Shown piece after piece: positions 59,303 to 64,000 of a stretch of 64,000 nucleotides of DNA. Source of the DNA: an uncultured Chloroflexia bacterium (GTDB lineage: Bacteria; Chloroflexota; Dehalococcoidia; UBA2979); contig CAVSIV010000002.1 of the NCBI GenBank assembly GCA_963728205.1, positions 37,733 to 101,732 of the forward strand, given 5' to 3'. The notes below the pieces were generated by a model. That model was not told the DNA's origin. It ran no database searches and saw only the letters and a list, made by a program, of their open reading frames with translations. The position numbers were made by a program, and so were the translations under genes. Positions within the stretch are counted from its first letter, which is position 1, and every line of letters begins with the position of its first letter.

Positions 59303-60106
59303 GTGAGCCGCCACGTCCTGATGTGCGAGCCGGTCCACTACCGCATCGCCTACGAGATCAACCCGTGGATGCGACGGGCGAACGCCGTCGACGGCCCGCG
59401 GGCGCTCGCGCAGTGGCGCGGGCTGCGGCACACGCTGGAGGCGCTCGGCGTCCGCGTGGAGTGCGTCGAGCAGCGGCCCGACGTGCCGGACATGACCTTC
59501 ACCGCGAACGCCGGCCTCGTGCAGGGGCGGACGTTCGTGCCGTCGAACTTCCGCTATCCCGAGCGCGAGCCAGAGCAGCTGCACTTCGTCGAGTGGTTCG
59601 CGGCGCGCGGGTACGACGTCGCTCCGCTGCACCCCCCGCACTACTGGGAGGGCGAGGGTGACGCGCTGCCGGCCGACGGACGGCTCTTCGGCGGCTACCG
59701 CTTCCGCTCGGAGGAGGGCGCGTACGACCATCTCGAGATGCTGCTCGACGTGGCGGTCGAGCGGCTCGAGCTCGTGGACCCGCGCTTCTATCACCTCGAT
59801 ACGTGCTTCTGTCCGCTCGGGGAGCGCCGCGCCCTGTACTTCCCGCCGGCGTTCGCGCCGGCATCCCGCGCGCTGCTCGAGGCGTCGTTCGACGACCTCG
59901 TGGCCGTACCGGAGCCGGAGGCGCTGCGCTTCGCCTGCAACGCGCTGGTGGTCGACGGGGCGGTGGTGCTGAACAGCGGCTGTCAGGAGACCGAGCGCGC
60001 GCTGGCGGAACGCGGGCTGCGCGCGGTGACGAGCCCGACCGATGAGTTCATCAAGGCCGGCGGCAGCGTGAAGTGCCTGGTGCTGATGCTCGATGCGTAC
60101 GCGTAG
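59303..60106 (+). CDS. amidinotransferase-superfamily protein (DDAH/arginine-deiminase-like)
   Basis: Track ORF 59216..60106 trimmed to GTG 59303 (GGGGAGGG upstream). VLMCEPVHYRIAYEINPWM..., ...FYHLDTCFCPL..., C-terminal GGSVKCLVL with the catalytic Cys context. Confidence 0.82.
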   Translation: MSRHVLMCEPVHYRIAYEINPWMRRANAVDGPRALAQWRGLRHTLEALGVRVECVEQRPDVPDMTFTANAGLVQGRTFVPSNFRYPEREPEQLHFVEWFAARGYDVAPLHPPHYWEGEGDALPADGRLFGGYRFRSEEGAYDHLEMLLDVAVERLELVDPRFYHLDTCFCPLGERRALYFPPAFAPASRALLEASFDDLVAVPEPEALRFACNALVVDGAVVLNSGCQETERALAERGLRAVTSPTDEFIKAGGSVKCLVLMLDAYA

Positions 60107-60222
60107 CGGTGAGAGGAGCGGACCGGCCGGTCGCACGGATGCCGGCCGGTCCGCGGTGCTGTCGCGAGGCACGCTCGTCGCCGCGCGCGTTGATGGCGTT
60201 CTAGGTGTCGTGGCGGCCGCTG

Positions 60223-60867
60223 TCAACGGATGTGATTGCCCTGCTCGGGGCGGTCGGCGCCGGCAACGCCGCCGGCGCGCACGAGCAGGTCCTCGAGCTC
60301 GAGCTGCCACTCGATCGCGGCGCGGCGGCGCTCCGGCGTATTCGCCAGCTCCTCGTAGATCGCCTGGCCCCAGCGCAGGTGCTCCTCCTTCTCGAGGAGA
60401 ATGAGGTCGAGCAGGCGCGCAGTGGGGCCGTCGCAGACCGGATCGGTCGCGGCGCGGTGGTAGCGGTAGTTCACGGCGAGGTGCGTCTTCAGCACGCGGT
60501 AGAGGCCGACGACGCGCAGCAGCTCGTCGCCCTGCGCCTGCAGCGCGCCCGCGAAGCGGACGAACGCCTCGTTCGGCGGCTCGGCTTTGTCGGACCCGCG
60601 CAGGGTTGGCGGCTCGTCGTGGTGGGCGCCGTCGAGCACCCGCAGCTCGGGCAGGCGCTGGCCGAGCCACACGTAATGCTGCGAGTCGTGGTACGCGCGC
60701 TCGGAGAGGCCCCACTTCACCTTGATCGTGGGGCAGGTCGGCGCCCAGCCGGCGCCGGTGACCATGCAGAGCCGCTCGGCGTAGCGGTAGTGGGTGATGC
60801 GGCGCGCATTCTCCTCGACACCGAACGCTCCGCCGATGCGCCGCGTGTCGATCGCGTACTCCGTCAT
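60223..60867 (-). CDS. helical-bundle, ferritin-like-looking protein of unknown function (214 aa)
   Basis: Track ORF 60223..60915 trimmed to ATG 60867 (GAAGGGG upstream, 13 nt after the ferredoxin stop). Contains YHDSQHYVWLG and LLEKEEHLRWG (D/ExxH-type pairs). Confidence 0.55.
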   Translation of the reverse strand: MTEYAIDTRRIGGAFGVEENARRITHYRYAERLCMVTGAGWAPTCPTIKVKWGLSERAYHDSQHYVWLGQRLPELRVLDGAHHDEPPTLRGSDKAEPPNEAFVRFAGALQAQGDELLRVVGLYRVLKTHLAVNYRYHRAATDPVCDGPTARLLDLILLEKEEHLRWGQAIYEELANTPERRRAAIEWQLELEDLLVRAGGVAGADRPEQGNHIR

Positions 60868-60880
60868 CGTGGCAGCCCCT

Positions 60881-61231
60881 TCACCGCAGCGCCCTCCGCG
60901 GAGCGTCTGGAGCAAGCAGAGCGAGGCGACGTTCGATCACGCGGCGCGCGTCCGCGTCGAGCTCGGCCGTGACCAGCCGGCCGGACCGTGCGAAGTCGCG
61001 GGCGCGCTGCTTCGCGCGTTCGAGCTGCGCCGGCGCCGGAACGGTCTCGGGGTGCGAGGAGATGCAGTCGATCGGGCACACCTGCGCGCAGATCCCGCAG
61101 TCGATGCACCACTCGGCGTCGATCACGTGTCGGCGGCGCCCGGTCGAGAAGTAGTGCACCGTGCCCGTCGGGCACGCGAGCCGGCAGAGCCCGCAGTTGA
61201 TGCAGGGCGTGGGGTCGATCACGTAGGTCAT
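60881..61231 (-). CDS. 2x[4Fe-4S] ferredoxin with a ~55-aa helical C-terminal extension
   Basis: Last 116 codons of shadow ORF 60881..61825. The ATG overlaps the upstream TGA by one base (TGATG). CINCGLCRLACP and CIDCGICAQVCP. Confidence 0.85.
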   Translation of the reverse strand: MTYVIDPTPCINCGLCRLACPTGTVHYFSTGRRRHVIDAEWCIDCGICAQVCPIDCISSHPETVPAPAQLERAKQRARDFARSGRLVTAELDADARRVIERRLALLAPDAPRRALR

Positions 61232-62136
61232 CAGGCGCCGGGCTCGTAGCCGCCGGTGAGCGACTGCCGCTCCTGCGCGCTCAGCGGTCGCGCCGGCAGC
61301 GCATCTGCGTCGGCGGAGTCGGACAGCGGGCCGACCAGCACCGACGTCGCGCGGTCGGTTTCGTTCTGGAGGAAGTCCATCACCTCCTCGCGCACCTGCG
61401 GCGCAACGTTGCGCCGCTGGTTCTCGCGGCCGGCCTCGGTCATCGCCTGCGCGCGCAGCGCCGCGCGCTCCGCCTGCGGATGCTCGTCGGCGATGCGCTT
61501 GAGGAACCAGTCGCCGATCGACACGTGCACGACCTCGTCGGCCCAGTTGTAGTCGTAGACGTGCTCCATCAGGTGGTCGTCGATCCTCGCGCCGAGGCGG
61601 CTGACGCCCGAGAACAGGCGCAGCGCGGCGCCCTCGATTCCGACGTTCACGGACGACAGGATCATGACAGGGTTCAGCGCCCGCACGCGCGCCGCGATCG
61701 CCTCCTCCTGCGTCTGCTGTTGCGCCTGGCTGGCACCGGCGAGGGTGTCCGGGTATTCGCCCAGGACGCCGCCGTAGCTCTCGAGCAGCTCGGTGCCGAG
61801 GCGCGCGTGCCGCACCTCGTCCCACGTCTGGCGCACCATCGCGAGCAGCAGGCCGTCGGGCAGCGGCTGGTCCTCCCAGCGCGCCACGTTGCGGCCGAAG
61901 GCGTCGATGCCGGCGTACTCGGCGCTCACGATCGAGGAGACGAGCGCGCGCCGGTACTCGAGGTCGTCGGGGTCCTGCAGCACGAGGCGCTGGAGGACGT
62001 CGGACGCGTAGTGGTCCGGGCCGCCGATGCGCTCATCGAGCCGCGCGCGCTCCGCGTCGTCGATCGTGGCGAGCGGGCGGTAGGGCGGGTTGCGCACCGC
62101 GGGGTGGTCGTCGAGGTAGTCGGAGAGGACGCCCAT
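61231..62136 (-). CDS. ferritin-like diiron-carboxylate protein (putative oxygenase/oxidase), family not recognised
   Basis: Track ORF, 301 aa. Four-helix ligand pattern E...ExxH...E...ExxH: SAEYAGIDAF / WDEVRHARLG / NVGIEGAALRLF / WADEVVHVSIG. Confidence 0.7.
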   Translation of the reverse strand: MGVLSDYLDDHPAVRNPPYRPLATIDDAERARLDERIGGPDHYASDVLQRLVLQDPDDLEYRRALVSSIVSAEYAGIDAFGRNVARWEDQPLPDGLLLAMVRQTWDEVRHARLGTELLESYGGVLGEYPDTLAGASQAQQQTQEEAIAARVRALNPVMILSSVNVGIEGAALRLFSGVSRLGARIDDHLMEHVYDYNWADEVVHVSIGDWFLKRIADEHPQAERAALRAQAMTEAGRENQRRNVAPQVREEVMDFLQNETDRATSVLVGPLSDSADADALPARPLSAQERQSLTGGYEPGA

Positions 62137-62231
62137 CGCTGCCTCCTATCGCCGTCGTGATGGGGATGGTAAGCGACCGGGGGCGAGGCAGTCGCACCCG
62201 GACCGCGGGCATCGCGTCCCAGCGCGGTCCC

Positions 62232-62288
62232 GGCAAGCGGCGGCAGGATGCCGCCGATACTGCCGGCGGCAGGATGCCGCCGCTTGCC
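62232..62288. repeat. REP-like element, variant copy (two mini-hairpins in direct orientation inside a 7-bp outer stem)
   Basis: GGCAAGC-GGCGGCAggaTGCCGCC-gatactgcc-GGCGGCAggaTGCCGCC-GCTTGCC. Mini-hairpins at 62239-62255 and 62265-62281. Confidence 0.75.
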
Positions 62289-62309
62289 ACGAGGCTGGGC
62301 CGGCGCCGG

Positions 62310-62657
62310 TCAGGCGCCCGCGTGGATCGCGCTCTCGAGCGTGTACTCGTAGTAGGTGATCGCCTCGCTCACCGAGAAGCGGTCGCGGATGAACTCGATC
62401 TCGGGCTGCTTCCTCAACACCGAGTCGAGGGTGAGGTTGGCGCCGAGTGCCGGCCAGCGCATGACGGCCGGCATCTTACGGCCCGGCCGCGGCTCAATCG
62501 TCTCGTCGAGCAACTCGGGCTTCATCGTCAGCAGCTTCAGGTACGCCGACGTCAGCGTCTTCACCGCGTCGGTCGCGTTGCCCTTGCGCATCATGTCGTG
62601 CGCGGACTCGATGAGCGCCCGCAGTTCAGAGTCGGTGACCTGCTCGGGCTTCGCCAT
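62310..62657 (-). CDS. small hypothetical protein (115 aa), no recognisable family
   Basis: Track ORF with ordinary, non-shadow amino-acid composition (MAKPEQVTDSELRALIESAHDMMRKGNATDAVKTLTSAYLKLL...). It starts 34 nt after the LLM gene stop on the same strand. Confidence 0.6.
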   Translation of the reverse strand: MAKPEQVTDSELRALIESAHDMMRKGNATDAVKTLTSAYLKLLTMKPELLDETIEPRPGRKMPAVMRWPALGANLTLDSVLRKQPEIEFIRDRFSVSEAITYYEYTLESAIHAGA

Positions 62658-62690
62658 GCCGGGACTCCGCTCGAAGGTGCGCCGCGCTGG

Positions 62691-63941
62691 CTAGATCGAC
62701 GAGTTCACGGGGAACTCGATCCCATGGAGCTGCTCGTCCCGCCACGGCCGGTGCACCTTCTCGTGGCGCTCCTTGAACTCCGGCAGGACCTCGCGGCCGA
62801 ACGTCTCAATCGACTCCATGATGTGCTCGTGCTTCCGGTCGCCGGCCTGCGCGACGAAGATCATCACGTCGAGGTGCTGGTCTTCGTACTGCTTCAACGT
62901 CGCGCGCAGCCGCTGCGACGTGCCGATCGCGTTGCCGCTGCGGGCGGCGCGGTAGAGCGCGCGGCGCACCTCGTCCTCGGGCTCCTCCGCGCGCAGCTCC
63001 GTCTCGGTGAGGAAGCCGCGGCGCTGCACCTGCACCTGCGCCTCGCCCTCGGACGAGCTGTCCCGGTAGCCGCGGTAGAGGTTGGTGCGGCCCGGCTGGT
63101 GCTTTCCGCCCGTCGTCGGGTTGTAGTAGTAGCCCAGCGAGTACGAGAAGAACCCGGGGCCGCCCGCGCTGCGCTTGATCGCCTCCTCGTCGGTCGGCCC
63201 CATCATGAAGGTGTTCAGCACCGCCAGGCCGGGGTTGATCGCGTGCCCGATCGGCATGCACTCCTCGCGGATCAGCCGGTAGTACTCCTGCGTCCGGTCG
63301 CCCAGCTCCTCCGGCGTCTCGAAGCCGAAGCCGAGCGACGCCATCCCGAGCCGCGCGGCGACCATCGTGGTCTCGCGTCGCGAGGCGGCGACCCAGAGCG
63401 GCGGGTGCGGCTTCTGCACCGGCTTCGGCACGACGTTCCGCGGAGGCATCGAGAAGAACTCGCCCTCGAAGCCCTGGTAGGGAACCTGCGTCATCATGTT
63501 GGTGATCTCGCGCGTCGCCTCTTCCCACATCGCCTTCTTCAGACCGCGGTCGACGCCGAAGCCGCCCAGCTCCATGTCCGACGACGACTCGCCGGACCCG
63601 AACTCCACGCGACCGTTCGAGAGGATGTCGAGCGCGGAGATCCGCTCGGCAACGCGTGCGGGGTGGTTGTATGCGGGCGGCGTGAGCACGATGCCGTGCC
63701 CCAGGCGAATGTTCTTCGTGCGCTGCGAGAGGGCGGCCATCATCAGCTCGGGCGTCGAGGAGTGCGAGTATTCCTCGAGGAAGTGGTGCTCCACTTCGAA
63801 GACATAATCAAATCCCAGCGAGTCGGCGAGCTCCACCTGGTCGAGCATCTCGTGGTAGATGCGCTGCTCGGCTTCGGGGTCCCACTGGTCACGGTCGTAC
63901 GGCTTGGGGAGCTGGAGCTCGTAGAACAGCCCGAACTTCAC
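62691..63941 (-). CDS. LLM-class flavin-dependent oxidoreductase/monooxygenase (416 aa)
   Basis: Track ORF. GTG start with GAGGGGG upstream. MKFGLFYELQLPKP...FDYVFEVEHHFLEEYSHSS...GRVEFGSGESSS...PPLWVAASRRETTMVAARLGMA... Confidence 0.88.
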   Translation of the reverse strand: MKFGLFYELQLPKPYDRDQWDPEAEQRIYHEMLDQVELADSLGFDYVFEVEHHFLEEYSHSSTPELMMAALSQRTKNIRLGHGIVLTPPAYNHPARVAERISALDILSNGRVEFGSGESSSDMELGGFGVDRGLKKAMWEEATREITNMMTQVPYQGFEGEFFSMPPRNVVPKPVQKPHPPLWVAASRRETTMVAARLGMASLGFGFETPEELGDRTQEYYRLIREECMPIGHAINPGLAVLNTFMMGPTDEEAIKRSAGGPGFFSYSLGYYYNPTTGGKHQPGRTNLYRGYRDSSSEGEAQVQVQRRGFLTETELRAEEPEDEVRRALYRAARSGNAIGTSQRLRATLKQYEDQHLDVMIFVAQAGDRKHEHIMESIETFGREVLPEFKERHEKVHRPWRDEQLHGIEFPVNSSI

Positions 63942-64000
63942 GGTAGTGCCCCCTCGCGGTGACCGGCGGCGTGAGTGCGGCGAATGCTCTGCGGTGCCTC

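Overview
Very GC-rich (about 70% by eye, not computed), densely coding, actinobacterium-like chromosomal segment. I support about 58 protein genes and 4 tRNAs; there is no rRNA. Most ORF-track entries are Arg/Ala/Pro-rich shadow ORFs lying opposite or out of frame to real genes.

Content is mainly core metabolism and housekeeping:
- a translationally coupled complex IV + complex III respiratory operon (1.7-7.2 kb)
- an FAD-oxidase/SnoaL/unknown/DyP-peroxidase block (8.9-13.7 kb)
- ffh-rpsP-KH-rimM, gap, eno, xerD, uvrC, a tRNA Val-Leu-Arg cluster, tag, acnA, pepN, SURF1 and glnII
- several MFS and ABC transporters
- a ferritin-like diiron/ferredoxin/LLM cassette (60.2-63.9 kb)

I see no CRISPR array, intact transposase, prophage, toxin-antitoxin pair or recognisable defence system, so I cannot name a clear-cut new system.

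The strongest unexplained signals are non-genic:
1. A REP-like palindromic family (core GGCGGCA-loop-TGCCGCC) at five intergenic loci, including a perfect 29-bp inverted repeat.
2. A 15-unit 23/21-bp tandem array built from one arm of that element, just upstream of uvrC.
3. Reiterated copies of the acceptor-end heptamer in the tRNA-Arg 3' trailer.
4. An AT-rich palindromic island, a serine-recombinase remnant and tRNA-Ala at a break in the rpsP-rimM-trmD synteny.

Four genes look disrupted (three frameshifts and one in-frame TAG). This is either real gene decay or indel-type assembly error and needs read-level checking.

The two uncharacterised enzyme cassettes (the DyP block and the diiron/ferredoxin/LLM block) are the best protein-level candidates for new biology.
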